A stretch of 63,193 bases of DNA, filler included, from Octopus bimaculoides (GCF_001194135.2; 8 parts of 7 records of this genome joined end to end with filler, not necessarily neighbours in it), one strand, 5' to 3'; positions 12,034 through 24,630 are shown, numbered from the whole stretch's first letter. The notes: a model not told the origin generated them from the sequence alone. Made by a program: numbers and translations.

Positions 12034-14603
12034 ATCCTGTGTTACCGAGGAACTAGAAATAGAACTAAATCAAAGTATTTTAAAATGTCATTGAAAATAT
12101 TAAGACGTCGAACGTTTTTGCTAATTAAAGAAAAATGAAAAGACTTCCGGTTTCTCGGTTGCCATGTTAATGAGGGTGGAATGTTTCAATTCTTTGTGCG
12201 TTGCAACCATTTGTGAGTCTGTTTCAATAATTATTAGTTAGAAATGTGAGGCGAAGAGCTGGTAGAAATTGCATGGAAGCTAGTCCAATGGACTGTTCCT
12301 GTTTTCTCACAAAAGTAAAATTTGTATTTCATCCCCTGCCCGGGGACGATACAGTTATATACTGAGGGCTGAATCACTTGATCATAAACCTATTTTATAA
12401 AAATTAACATCACACCCCGAAGAAAAAAAAAGTTTCTTTAGTTAAAGAACCTTTCTTTGAGACGAATTATTTCCACAAATATTTTCTTCTTTCTACTATA
12501 CCTATAGGTAGGTAGAAGGCTACTTAAAAAAATAGATCCAAAGGAAATATACCCCAACTGTGGATGACACCAGGTAGCCCAAATCCGTGCAAGTGCTTTA
12601 CTCAACACATCAGCACACTAATTAACGTATACTCATTAGTCCAAAATATTACACACACACACATATTTATTATGTATGATGTTGCTGGTGATACTGTTGA
12701 TGGTGACACGCTGGTCGTGTTCTTGGTGATGATACTGGTGAAGTACTTGTAGTTGGTCACGCTTTTTGTTTTGTTGGTGGTTTTGGCGCTGGTGATATCA
12801 CTTGTACTAGTGTAGGTTGGTGTTGGTGATGATGATATTGCTGGTGATGTTTATTGAACACTCCCTTGTACTGGATCTGGTTATATCTTGGGGGTATATA
12901 TCTTGGGTTCAGTCCCACTGCGTGGCACCTTGGCCAAGTGTCTTCTACTATAGCCTCGGGCCGACCAAAGCCTTGTGAGTGGATTTGGTAGACGGAAACT
13001 GAAAGAAGCCTGTCGTATATGTATATATATATGAACTTTATACCCTCCGGCTGCACCTCTCCTACCCACGGATTACACTGGACCCATCTTCTGATTGGAA
13101 ATCGCTTCAATATACCACGACGTCTAAAAAACTTTTGAACTTTTCCACTTTTGTAAACCTCCTTTATCATCCTTTTTTTCTCCTTGTCTCCGTATTCTTT
13201 CTGTTGAAGAGCGTAGCTNNNNNNNNNNNNNNNNNNNNNNNNNNNNNNNNNNNNNNNNNNNNNNNNNNNNNNNNNNNNNNNNNNNNNNNNNNNNNNNNNN
13301 NNNNNNNNNNNNNNNNNNNNNNNNNNNNNNNNNNNNNNNNNNNNNNNNNNNNNNNNNNNNNNNNNNNNNNNNNNNNNNNNNNNNNNNNNNNNNNNNNNNN
13401 NNNNNNNNNNNNNNNNNNNNNNNNNNNNNNNNNNNNNNNNNNNNNNNNNNNNNNNNNNNNNNNNNNNNNNNNNNNNNNNNNNNNNNNNNNNNNNNNNNNN
13501 NNNNNNNNNNNNNNNNNNNNNNNNNNNNNNNNNNNNNNNNNNNNNNNNNNNNNNNNNNNNNNNNNNNNNNNNNNGTGGTACATTAATTAATGTTTGAACA
13601 TGTCACTCTGGCCGAAAATTTAAAATAATCAAAAAAATGTTGAATTTTATTTTGTTTTTAAATCTTCAAAACCGAATTTTCTTTTTTCTTTCGTTTTTTT
13701 TTTTTTTATTAAAAGAAAATAATAATAATAATAAATGGTAATTGGAATTGTTTATTGACAGTCTCTGTGTTTTTTACAAGTGAATTAGCGATACCAAACT
13801 CTTTGGTGAAGGCAGCAATATAATACCACATACTTATTACTCTCTCTGCAGTCGGGTCAATAGGTTGAACAATTCTTTAGAAGATGCCGCAGGCAATCTA
13901 CGCTCAAACTAAAATCGCACATTTGATGTTTCGTTCAACGTATATCTCTTGTGTCTCAAAAAGTAATTATTAGTTTATCAAGATCTGTGTTGTTGTTTTG
14001 TTGTTGTTATTATTATGTTGCACTTTTTTTTGCAAATCTGATTGAACTGACAATATATTTTCCTAAAGCCGAATGCAATATTAAATTGAGTTCACCAAAA
14101 TTTCTGTCTGTGTCACCTTTTTTGTTCTTTTGTTTTTAATGTTTTTTCTCTTTTAGTACTTATGATGGGGCAACACTCTGAAGGGTTTCAATCACCACAA
14201 ATCGACCCTTTAAAAAAAAAAAAAAAAAATTTGGTATTATTCTATAGCTCTTTTTTGCTCAACTGATAGCTTAAGGAAACGTAAACAAACCAACACTGGT
14301 TGTCAAGCGGTGTTGGAGACACAAACACAAAGACAAGCACGCACACTCACACACACAAAGTACACACACATATATACGACAGGCTTCCACACAGTCTCCG
14401 TCTGTCAACTTCACTCACAAGGTATTGGTTAGTCCGAGGCTATAGTTGAACACGAAACAACGCGGTTGTAAGACCAGCTTCTTGGCTACACACCCATGCC
14501 TTACACACACACACACACACACACACAAAACCACATGCACACGCACACACACATTAATTGATTTTTATCTTTTCTGGTGTCATTTCTTTTTCTTTTTGTA
14601 CAG

Positions 14604-14774
14604 GATCGCAACTGAAGGCTGTGTGCACTATGTCAGTCGGCTATGAACATCTTGATTTGGAAGAAATTAAAAAGCGAAACATTGTTGCAGCAAACTGCAG
14701 CACAGTTTCCAGTGATTGTGTCTCAGAGTTCGCTCTGGGGCTGATGTTAATTGCGGCCAGACGGATGATTGAAG
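14604..14774 (+). CDS. GRHPR: Internal exon of glyoxylate/hydroxypyruvate reductase-like D-2-hydroxyacid dehydrogenase
   Basis: Polypyrimidine tract + TACAG acceptor (ends 14603) and GTAATT donor (14775). The 171-nt phase 1-1 exon reads (G)SQLKAVCTMSVGYEHLDLEEIKKRNIVAANCSTVSSDCVSEFALGLMLIAARRMIEG, matching the GRHPR family motif LKVISTMSVGxDHxxLxEIKKRGI...ARR. Other exons were not found. Confidence 0.85.
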
Positions 14775-15430
14775 GTAATTTCGATGTATTATTATTATAA
14801 TTATAGTTATCATTATCATTATTATCATTATTATTATTATTGAGTGAGAGAGCAGTGCATGCCATCAAAGTGACACTGGGGTAAAATATACGAAGCCCTG
14901 CATACCCATCATGACTACCTGTCTGATAAGGGTACACCAGGCACATGCATCACAACCATATGTGCGCGACATGGTGATCTCATATCAAGATAAACAGAAC
15001 ATGACCGTAGTCCACACTGCGAAATGATCTGTTCTAGGTCATTGGGTTAAAGTAAAGGTTATATTGATAAAGAAACGTCGATTTTAAGTAGCGTTTTACG
15101 ATTTAGCGCCCTTCCTGACTCCTGTCCTTTTAGCGGCTTCCTATGACTCAGAGAAATACAGATGTAGTTATTCTAAAAGCCAGGACACACATGTCGGCAT
15201 TTCTTTTTATGATAGAGGCGTCAAATCCGCGGTATTTTGGGGAAAGAGAGTGAGAGGCGAATAACTCAATTACATCGATCACAATGCTTAACTGGTACTT
15301 ATTTTATCGACCCGAAAGGATAAAAGGCAAAGTCGACCTCGGTGGAATTTGAACTCAGAACGTGAAAACGGAAGAAATGCTGCTAAGCATAATGCTACCC
15401 GGTGTGCTAACGTTTCTGCCAGCTCGCCGC

Positions 15431-15594
<164 letters not shown>

Positions 15595-16195
15595 ATTTCT
15601 TTATTGCCTACAAGGGGCTAAACATAGAGGGGACAAACAAGGACAGACAACCCTTTGTCGATTACATCGACCCCCAGTACGTAACTGGTTCTTAATTTAT
15701 CGACCTCGAAAGGATGAAAGGCAAAGTCGACCTCGTAGGAATTTGAATAATAATAATAATTTTGGCACAAAGCCAGCAATTTCGGGGGCGAGGAAAGTCG
15801 ATTACATCGACCCCAGAGTTCAGCTAGTACTTATTTTATTGACCCCGAAAGGGATGAAATACAAAGTCGACCTCGGAAGAATTTGAACTTAGAACTTAGC
15901 GACGGACGAAATGCCGCTAAGCATTTTTCCCGACATGCACTAGCATAGCTGGATGGAGTGCGTCACTTTTGCGTCTGCTGAAGGCTATGTGAGGGGTCCG
16001 GAGACAAGAGGGGTTTTTTGAGGGGTCCGGGGGCAAGAAACAGAAGGGCCGCACACATTCTAGCTACGCTAGCGCCGACATGCTAATGATTCTATCAGCT
16101 CGCTGCTTTTACATTCGCAGGATTATTTGCCATGAAAAGGCATATATTTATATTTGCTCATCAGAGTCGTCATTCGTCAATAATATACCTATTTT

Positions 16196-16483
16196 AAGGC
16201 GGCGAGCTGGCAGAAACGTTAGCACGCCGGGCCGAGGTCGACTTTGCCTTTCATCCTTTCGGGGTCGATAAAATAAATACCAGTTACGCACTGGGTCGAT
16301 ATAATCGACTTAATCCTTTTTTTCTTTTTTGTCCTTGTTTGTCCCCTCTGTGTGAAGCCCCTTGTGAGCAGTAAAGAAATAAGAAACTTTAGAACGCCGG
16401 GCGAAATGCTTAGCAGGATTTCGTCTGTCTTTACATTCTGAGTTCAAATTCCGCCGAGGTCGACTTTGCCTTTCATCCTTTCG
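16196..16483 (+). mobile_element. SINE family C (two partial plus copies)
   Basis: GGCGGCGAGCTGGCAGAAACGTTAGCACGCCGGG...GAGTTCAAATTCCGCCGAGGTCGACTTTGCCTTTCATCCTTTCGGGGTCGAT. Minus copies at 9790-10050, 10940-11105, 15240-15430, 15590-15750, 15760-15930 and 26480-26665. Confidence 0.8.
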
Positions 16484-16583
16484 NNNNNNNNNNNNNNNNN
16501 NNNNNNNNNNNNNNNNNNNNNNNNNNNTTAATTAATTAANNNNNNNNNNNNNNNNNNNNNNNNNNNNNNNNNNNNNNNNNNNN

Positions 16584-16885
16584 GCGTGAGAAGACCCGGC
16601 AAGCCAAGTGAGATCGTTGCCAGTGCCCCTGGACTGGCTCTTGTGCGGGTGGCACATAAAAGACACCATTTCGAGCGTGGCCGTTTTCGTGCGGGTGACA
16701 TGTAAAAGCACCCACTACACTCTCTGAGTGGTTGGCGTTAGGAAGGACATCCAGCTGTAGAAACTCTGCCAAATTAGATTGGAGCCTGGTGTAGCCATCC
16801 GGTTGCACCAGTCCTCAGTCAAATCGTCCAACCCATGCTAGCATGGAAAGCGGACGTTAAACGATGATGATGATGATGATGATGA
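16584..16885 (+). mobile_element. RTE-LINE 3'UTR / RTE-tailed short element (family B)
   Basis: Ends GTCAAATCGTCCAACCCATGCTAGCATGGAAAGCGGACGTTAAACG(ATG)n. Copies at 4430-4660, 5490-5615(-), 6825-7015(-), 20270-20570(-), 56120-56280(-) and 59075-59170. Confidence 0.8.
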
Positions 16886-17206
16886 TAGATATATACAGAC
16901 ACACATATATATACACACACATATATACACACACACACACATATATATACGCATACATATACACACACATGCATACACACACACACACATGAGTGTGTGT
17001 GTGTTTGTGTTTGTCCCCCACCACTGATTGACAACCGGAGTTAGTATGTTTAGATCCTTAACTTAGTGGTTCAGCAAAAGACCCCGATAGAATAAGTAAC
17101 AGGCTTAAAAAAATAAACCAAGTACCGGTGTCAATTCATTCAACTAAAAATTCTTCAATGTGGTGCTCCAGCATGGCCACAGTCTACTGACTGAAACAAG
17201 TAAAAT

Positions 17207-17388
17207 ATACAAGATACAGTTCTATATTTAAGAGATGAGGAATTATTTACATTATTTACATTTGTCTGATATTTGTCCTCATCTTGTTTGTTGTTAACAC
17301 AACGTTTTGGCTGATATACCCTCCAGCCTTCTTCAGGTGCCTTGGGGAAATATCGAACCTGGGTTCTCATTCCTAAGGTATTTTTTGA

Positions 17389-17426
<38 letters not shown>

Positions 17427-17794
17427 TCACTACTTGGAATCGAACTCGGAATCTTGGGGTTAGGAGCTTGCGCTCTTAACCACGGGCATATGGCATAGTG
17501 GTTAAGAAAAAGTCCACGGGCATATGGCATAGTGGTTAAGAGCGCGGGCTACTAACCTCAAGATTCCGAGTTCGATTCCAAGTAGTGACCTGAATAATAA
17601 TAATCATAATAATTATAATAATAATAATAATATGGAAAAATACCTTAGGAATGAGAACCTAGGTTCAAAATTTCCCCAAGACACCTGAAGAAAGCTGGAG
17701 GGTACATCAGCCAAAACGCTGTGTTAACAACAAACAATTTGAGGACAAATATCCATGAAATGTAAATAATGTAAATAAAATACAAGATACAGTT
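17207..17794. mobile_element. Head-to-head pair of the tRNA-head/PLE-tail module with 15-bp flanking direct repeats
   Basis: Minus arm about 17218-17483 and plus arm about 17519-17779. ATACAAGATACAGTT at 17207-17221 and 17780-17794. Confidence 0.75.
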
Positions 17795-17842
17795 TCCTAA
17801 AAACACAGAAAAGATTCCACTTAAAATGTAAAGAAATCTTAC

Positions 17843-17944
17843 TTTTTTTCGTCCCATGTAAACGATACTTGTGGCTCCACGACCTAAGATATTGCTTACA
17901 TTCCAGATGTAATTTTGGGTTTCGCGTAACTGTCCGGAACTCAT
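17843..17944 (-). CDS. TBK1: First coding exon of TBK1/IKK-epsilon-like Ser/Thr kinase
   Basis: MSSGQLRETQNYIWNVSNILGRGATSIVYMGRKK followed by a GTAAGA donor. Aligns with the TBK1 N-terminus (W..SDILGQGATANVFRGRHK), including the Gly-rich loop and a phase-0 intron at the equivalent position. The scaffold ends at 16584, so the remaining exons are outside this contig. Confidence 0.8.
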
Positions 17945-19148
17945 GTTTTTTGCCGCCGTTCTGAATTGGTCCAGTTAATTTTGATATTGTCCGATGCGCA
18001 CAGTTTGAAGGTCCACTCAAATAGAAATCCGTACTTTTGTCTTTAGTGCAAAACCAGAATAATATTGTTGCATACAGGTCATACATCACTCCTGTTTCGG
18101 TAAGTTAAGATCCACTTCGCTTTATTCAGCTATCACCCTGTTTGAAATAACAAGAACAAAGAATTAAGAAGAAATTCAAAATGTACAGAAATATGCAACA
18201 TCATCATCATCATCATCATTATCATCGTCATGTGTTGCTGTGTGCTTGTTTCCCAACCACATGGTTCCGGGTTCAGTCCTGCTGCATGGCATCTTGGGTA
18301 AATGTCTTTTACTATAGCCTCAGGCTGACCAAAGCCTTGGGAGTGGATTCGGTTGATAGAACCTGAAAGAAGCTTGTCGTACATGTGTGTGTGTGTGTGT
18401 GTGTGTCTTTTATGTATGTGTTTATTCCCTGCTATCACTCGATAACTTGTGTTGGTGTGTTTCCAGCCCTGTAGCATAGCAGTTCAGCAAAAGACACCGA
18501 CAGAATAAGTATCTGGAATTTAAAACAAAAATGAATATTGGGGTCAATTTATTCAACTAAATGATTCTTCAAGGCCTTGCTCCAGCATGGCCACAGTCTA
18601 ATGACTGAAACAAGCAAAAAAGACAAAAGAAAAAAACCATCACCATCATCATCATCACCGCCATCATCACCACCACCATCACCATTATCACTTAACATCC
18701 ACCTTCCAAGCCGTCATATGAAAGAACAGTTTAAGAGGATCCAACATGCCCAAGGATGACTGCATCAAGCTCCAATGTCTTTCTTAACCTTGTTTCTACG
18801 CCTGGATACCCTTCATATCACCAACAACTTTACAGGGTGGAGTGCAAGCTTTTGCTCAGGATATTGGCACTAGTGAGGTCACCAAGCAATTCAACTGAGA
18901 GGGGTTCCAATAGATAGGGAAAGGGATTCACTCCAGATGTTGAAAGGCTAAAAACTATGATGAAGAAAGAGGCACAGATATCTTGGTTCACAGGAGATAC
19001 GTGGCTACCCACACTATAAAAGGGTGCAGCAACCGTGCTGGTGCCACATATGGGGACACATAAAAAATACTCATGCTGGTGCCACATAAAGAGCACAAAG
19101 CACCTGTGTTGGCACCACAGAAAGAGCTCCCATGCTGCCTTATATATA

Positions 19149-20236
19149 TCTCCCACATATGCGGAAAATCGGTGTGTTTGTTTGTGGCGTTGTTAGCTAA
19201 CTCCTCCTACATCGTTTTATTGATTTTGATGAAACTTGACTCATGAATAGAACTCATGTCTGGAAACCTCATGACATACTTAGATTGTCGAAAAAATCGA
19301 TAATACAACCCCTGGAAGGGACCTTTATACCTACTTCATATAACTATTTCTTTTTAAACACACAAGGGCAATAACCCAAAGCACCTGTCTAATATTTTTT
19401 TTAACACTCAAGGAAATAAACCCATTTCATTGTTTATGTTCGATTACTTTGAATATTGATTTTTTTTGTGTCCTATTTCTAACTTTTGCAGACAATATCA
19501 CTTTATTTGACATGAGATTGTTGAAAAAAAATTGATAATAGGGCCCTTCCAATGGATCCTTCTATCTACTACATATTACTAATATTTTATTTAAACAACC
19601 CATACCACCTGCAGATTTTAGCGAAGCGATCAATATTTGATTCTCACGCTCAGCTGACCTAATTCTGCATTTCACTATTCAGTTTTGAACTGCTAAACAT
19701 TATAATTGCACTTCCTTAATTTGAATTTTAAACATTAAAGACTTCATTCATACATTTCAATACATACATACTTTTTTGAATGCCCATTACTCCAATAATC
19801 CTTCATTTTAACAGTTATGCTTTCCCCTGACAGTAGATAAACTTTTTATTCCACAACATATTTGTAGTAGCTTAGCGTGGATTCGATCCTCGATTGCCAA
19901 ATTTCACTGAACACTTCAACAGCGCTTTTCTCACAGTAAAACTATAGTTTTTCTGTGAATGACAGCAGTTATACATTTTCCAGATGCTTTCGCTTAGCAG
20001 AATAATGTCTTTGCCTCTCGCCAACCCCCAACAATTTTTCTCGCCAACCTCCGAAAACCTCTCTCGCCAACCCCCAACAATCTCTCCCTCCTCCAGATGA
20101 CAGTTTTTTGTACATTTTCGCGACGGAAAATACATCTTTTGTGGCAGTTATAATGAAATTGCTTTCTTATATCAAAGTAATAAGGCGTTTCAATAGAACA
20201 TCTTTACCCCCGGGAATTACCGGGTACACCAGCTAT
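19149..20236 (+). mobile_element. Non-autonomous Helitron-like element
   Basis: 5' A|TC...GTGTTTGTTTGT...GATTTTGATGAAACTTG start. 3' hairpin CCCGGGAATTACCGGG about 8 nt before a degenerate CTAT end. Internal repeat CTCTCGCCAACC(C/T)CC x3. Confidence 0.5.
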
Positions 20237-20564
20237 ACAAATACATATATATGTATATGTGTGTGTGTGTATCATCATCATCATCATCATCGTTTAACGT
20301 CTGCTTTCCATGCTGGCATGGGTTGGACGATTTGACTGAAGTCTGGAGAGCCAGCGGCTGCACCAGGTTCCAATCTGAACTGGGAATATTTCTACATCTG
20401 GATTCCCTTCCTAATGCTAACAACTCCGAGAGTATAGTGGGCGACTTTATGTGCCACCAGCACGCGGGCCAATCAGGCAGTACAGGCAATGGCCACACTC
20501 GAAATGGTGTTTTTTACATGCCACCTGCACAGGAACCAGTTCAGCGGCACTGGCAATGACCTCG

Positions 20565-20600
20565 CTCGATGTATGTATGTATGTATGTATATGCATATAT

Positions 20601-20633
<33 letters not shown>

Positions 20634-20848
20634 CATATATATATGCACATATATATATACACATACATATATACATACATATATATATATATATACATAC
20701 ATATATACATACATACATATATACGTACATATATATATACATATATATATAATGTATATGTGTGTATATATATATGCATATATATATATATGTATATATA
20801 TATATATGTACATATATATATATATGTGTATATAATGTGTATATATGA
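20565..20848. repeat. (TA/CA/TACA)n compound microsatellite; similar tracts at 31083-31720 and 50030-50260
   Basis: Direct reading. Confidence 0.9.
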
Positions 20849-21276
20849 GATGCTGCTAACTTAGATGTCTTACACTGCATCCAGAAAAGAGGACACAACT
20901 GATTAGAGTAAAGTCACTCACAGATGCACTCCAACCTATCTCTCTGTCTAACTATAATGGCCTCTGCTCCTCTGAAATAGGTGGACTCGTGCCACCACCT
21001 CCACTCATGCAATCCTTTCCCATTCCTCTCATCCCCTTCCTCTTGTTGTGTCCCACATTAATCACTATGTCCACTCCTTCCTTCTCCCATTCTCTTCCCG
21101 CTCAGATCTTTCCAGCAAATGCTGAGGATCAAGAAGATCACTATTTGCCTTGACAGTCTGTATGGCCTGCAAAAGACCACAGGTATTGCCTCTTCCTTCA
21201 CACCCAGCATGTATTTTAGAATTTAAAGGTGCTATAGATATGAACTGTATTATCTATCGGTATATAGCCGACATAT

Positions 21277-21650
21277 AGGCGCAAGAGTGGCTGTGTGATA
21301 AGTAGCTTGCTTACCAACCACATGGTTCCGGGTTCAGTCCCACTGCATGGCACCTTGGGCAAGTGTCTTCTATAGCCTCGGGCCGACCAAAGCCATGTGA
21401 GTGGATTTGGTAGGCGGAAACTGAAAGAAGCCCGTCGTATATATGTGTTTGTGTGTCTGTGTTTGTCCCACCCACCATCGCTTGACAACCGATGTTGGTG
21501 TGTTTAGGTCCCCGTAACTCAGCGGTTCGGCAAAAGAGACCAATAGAATAAGTACTAGGCTTACAAAGAACAAGTCCTGGGGTCAATTTGCTCGACTAAA
21601 GTCGGTGCTCCAGCATGGCCGCAGTCAAATGACTGAAACAAGTAAAGATT
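21277..21650 (+). mobile_element. SINE family A copy
   Basis: Same consensus as 1559-1973. Other copies at about 2281-2530, 5640-5910, 7350-7580(-), 12900-13030, 14150-14450(-), 17000-17205, 18232-18625, 26065-26425, 29010-29340, 33480-33710, 38000-38150(-), 42330-42500, 43300-43660(-), 51160-51720 and 58880-59060(-). Confidence 0.85.
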
Positions 21651-21653
21651 ATT

Positions 21654-21950
21654 AGACTTCAATTCTATCAGAAACTAGCTCGTCTTTCAAACCATCTGAC
21701 TTTCCTGTGTAGATGTAGAGACTCAAAGCTAATACCACCTGGCTTGAATATAATGGCACCAGTGGATTCATAGAAAGCTAGAAGAGTAGCGGAAAGGGCA
21801 GGACATGCCCTTGTCCGTGAGAGGATCCATTACAACCGTTGGGAAAAACATCATAGAACTGTATTAATGCTACAGATGTGTCTGGACAATGAGTGAGGCT
21901 GTGTGAGAGAAACATTAGCAGAAACTTGTGTAGAGGGTGGTCAGCTGGTA
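21654..21950 (+). mobile_element. Penelope-like element N-terminal ORF fragment
   Basis: RLQFYQKLARLSNHLTFLCRCRDSKLIPPGLNI...RAGHALVRERI resembles PLE N-terminal NHLxFLxRC..LIPxGL..LLRERI. One in-frame stop. Confidence 0.55.
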
Positions 21951-24223
21951 GCATTCATTGTCGTGGGAGCCGTGGCTTTCAACCGTTTTTCTTTTTCCAC
22001 CTATGGCGCCTTTGATTTCGATCCTATTCTAGGCATTTGATGTTTAAAAAACCCTTCTGTCTTTTTCTAATTAAATATCATCAGAAATTGTCTAAAAGAA
22101 AGATTGTTAAAATATTTTGTGCATTGTATAAATTATTGCATATAAACTTTAATCTTGGGAGCCACTGGTGTGGGTGGTCTGTGTGGTTTGTTATGGAGAA
22201 AGAAGTAATCAGCCAGTAGACCTATTATCGAAGGTTTTCCAACCGTGACCACATCGTCTTTTGAAGGGCATGTAGGACTACATTTTTTAACGTGACCTTT
22301 AAGGTGCAGCGATGCGATGATGAGAGAAAGATTTGACTGCTATTTCCTAATAGGTTTTAGTGACCACATCGACTTCGCCTGTCGATGTGGTCACCAAAGT
22401 ACGACATGAACTTCGTAGGTTAAACTGTGTGTGTGTATGTGTGTGTAATAGAAAGAGAAAGAGAGATTAAGACTGTGCTGATAAAATCATGAAGATGGAA
22501 GGTTTGAGAGGAGCTCTTTTTTTTATGTTCTCTTTATATTTTTTTTTATTTCACACAATAGAAATTACGATTCTGAAGAACTTTTTTTCCCGAAACTTTC
22601 GATTTTCCATTTTTTAAACATTTATGTTTCGTTACTTTCGTAGCTTTTTTGTTCCCCATAAGATACGGGACTTCGGGGATCAGCTATTCCCAAAATCATC
22701 GTTACTTATGTATCTTTATCAAATACGTTCACCTTAAATTAATCAAACATTTCCATAAATCCCTATTCAAAGGTGTCCTGTTTATTGCTCCCCAACCCTG
22801 ACATTAAAATGGCGTATTTTAAATAAATGAATGAATGACTTACAATATTGTTATGAATTCCAGCAGAAATAAAAACTGTTTATAATCTGAGACACAGTTA
22901 CAGTAAGGGAAAGGCCCAGAGGGAAATTAACATAATGAATCCTAAAACTCAGTCTTCAGCAAAACAATATTATCAGTCAATAATAAATCCCATTTCATTC
23001 TATGTCTATATTCTTTTTCTGTTTTTTACTCCAGCATTTTTCATTTTCATTTTTCGCCTTAATATAAAGATAACGAAACCGTTTTACAATCGCCACGAAA
23101 AGAACCAGTTTCTAATGGAGCACCTTAAATCAATGTCGGTATTCTTCTTTCTCACATAAATACACAACAATGACGGTGGATATTGCAGCTGTCTGCTTCT
23201 AATTTTCATTTATTTTTATGTATTCACATGCATTTGTTTTTCTCCATATTTATTTCACGCCCAGGAAATTTTGAAAAAGTGTTTTTTGAACATACAGATA
23301 TATCTAGAATTCCATTTTCGTGGGTTTGTTTGTAAATATTTATGTATTTGTATCAGAGATCGGGAATGTGTGTTATTTTAAGTACAAACTGTAGTGTTTA
23401 AATACATTGGGAGGAAACATTAAATCATTTTAGATTGTTACTCATTTCTAAGGAAAGTATATTTTAAAATAATTATTAGAAATATCGTTTGTAGCTCTGA
23501 ATGGAAATACACAAAAGAGACGTACAAATAAATTGAATGATAATCTCTGAGAGAAGGAAAGTGGGTTTCTAATGCTTTGTGTTAGTGATCAATGAATGGT
23601 AGAGACTAACAAATTAGCAGAGGGAAGGGAGTCGCCCGAGCTGTTTGAAATAGCAGCTAAATCTCTCTCAAAAGAATATAATACGTTAGATAAAGGTGTC
23701 TTTCACATCCCTAGGTCGGGATGGTCGTGGCTGGGATACTTTTGAACGTAGGTCTCGAGGCTAAACAACAACACATGCGTGTCACTGAGAGTCCCTATAC
23801 GGTCTACTTGCTAGAAATAGCAGCCAAATCGGCCTTTTGTAAAATACCCGAGCAAAATAATGAAAGTAAGATGTATTCTATAGGCAATTAGTTAATATAT
23901 TGCTGTTGTTTGATTTTCACAAAAATTATCAATTGAAATATAAACTTATATCGATGTATTTCGCCTGACCAAGAACCACCAAGAGAAGACTAAACATGAA
24001 CGACATTCTCAATATTTTAAGACATAATTAGTGCAGAAGCATTTCGAAATTTTTCTGAAATGTTCTTTGCAAATTTCCTACAATTTATCAAAGAATGTTT
24101 CCTCAATGCTTCTAATACAAATGATAACCATGAACGTTAATATATTTCCTTACAGAAAGTGAAAAAAGAGAAAATAAAACGGGTTATTTATACTCAGTTC
24201 CTTCCATTGATATTTACATTTAC

Positions 24224-24630
24224 TTTCGATATTTTGCTCGGGTGATCTGCAAAAGACCTGTCGAATAGTGAATGTAGTCTCCTGCATATACAGGATGGTC
24301 ACAATTGGAATATCTATGATCATCATACGTCTGTTTCTATCAACGTTGACTGGGGGGTTAAATAAAATTTTAAAAAACTGACGCAAAGCGAAATTATTGT
24401 AGCATACGCATGAATGAATGGAGAAGCTACTTGTGTCTAACCATTGCGTTTTCTCTTTGAAAAGACATGCAATATAAAGTCATAGGGTTTCATAGGCACA
24501 ATTAGACAAAGATGAAACATTCTAAATACACAAGAAATTAATATTTGGTGAGTCCATGGAGAGAAGTGAGTCAACAGGAAGACCATACCTGGATCCATGG
24601 CGATTGCGAATGTGACGAAATGTAACTTCA
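24224..24630 (-). CDS. Candidate two-exon start of an unidentified gene (24589-24630, 24224-24349)
   Basis: TTCAG acceptor, gccATGG start context, ATG GAT CCA G|GTATGG donor. The next acceptor CCCCAG gives an open phase-1 126-nt exon ending at GTAAAT. No recognisable homology. Confidence 0.3.

Noticed and set aside
17519-17590. Possible tRNA gene
   Set aside because: A and B boxes are present but there is no convincing acceptor stem. The sequence is part of a dispersed mobile module.
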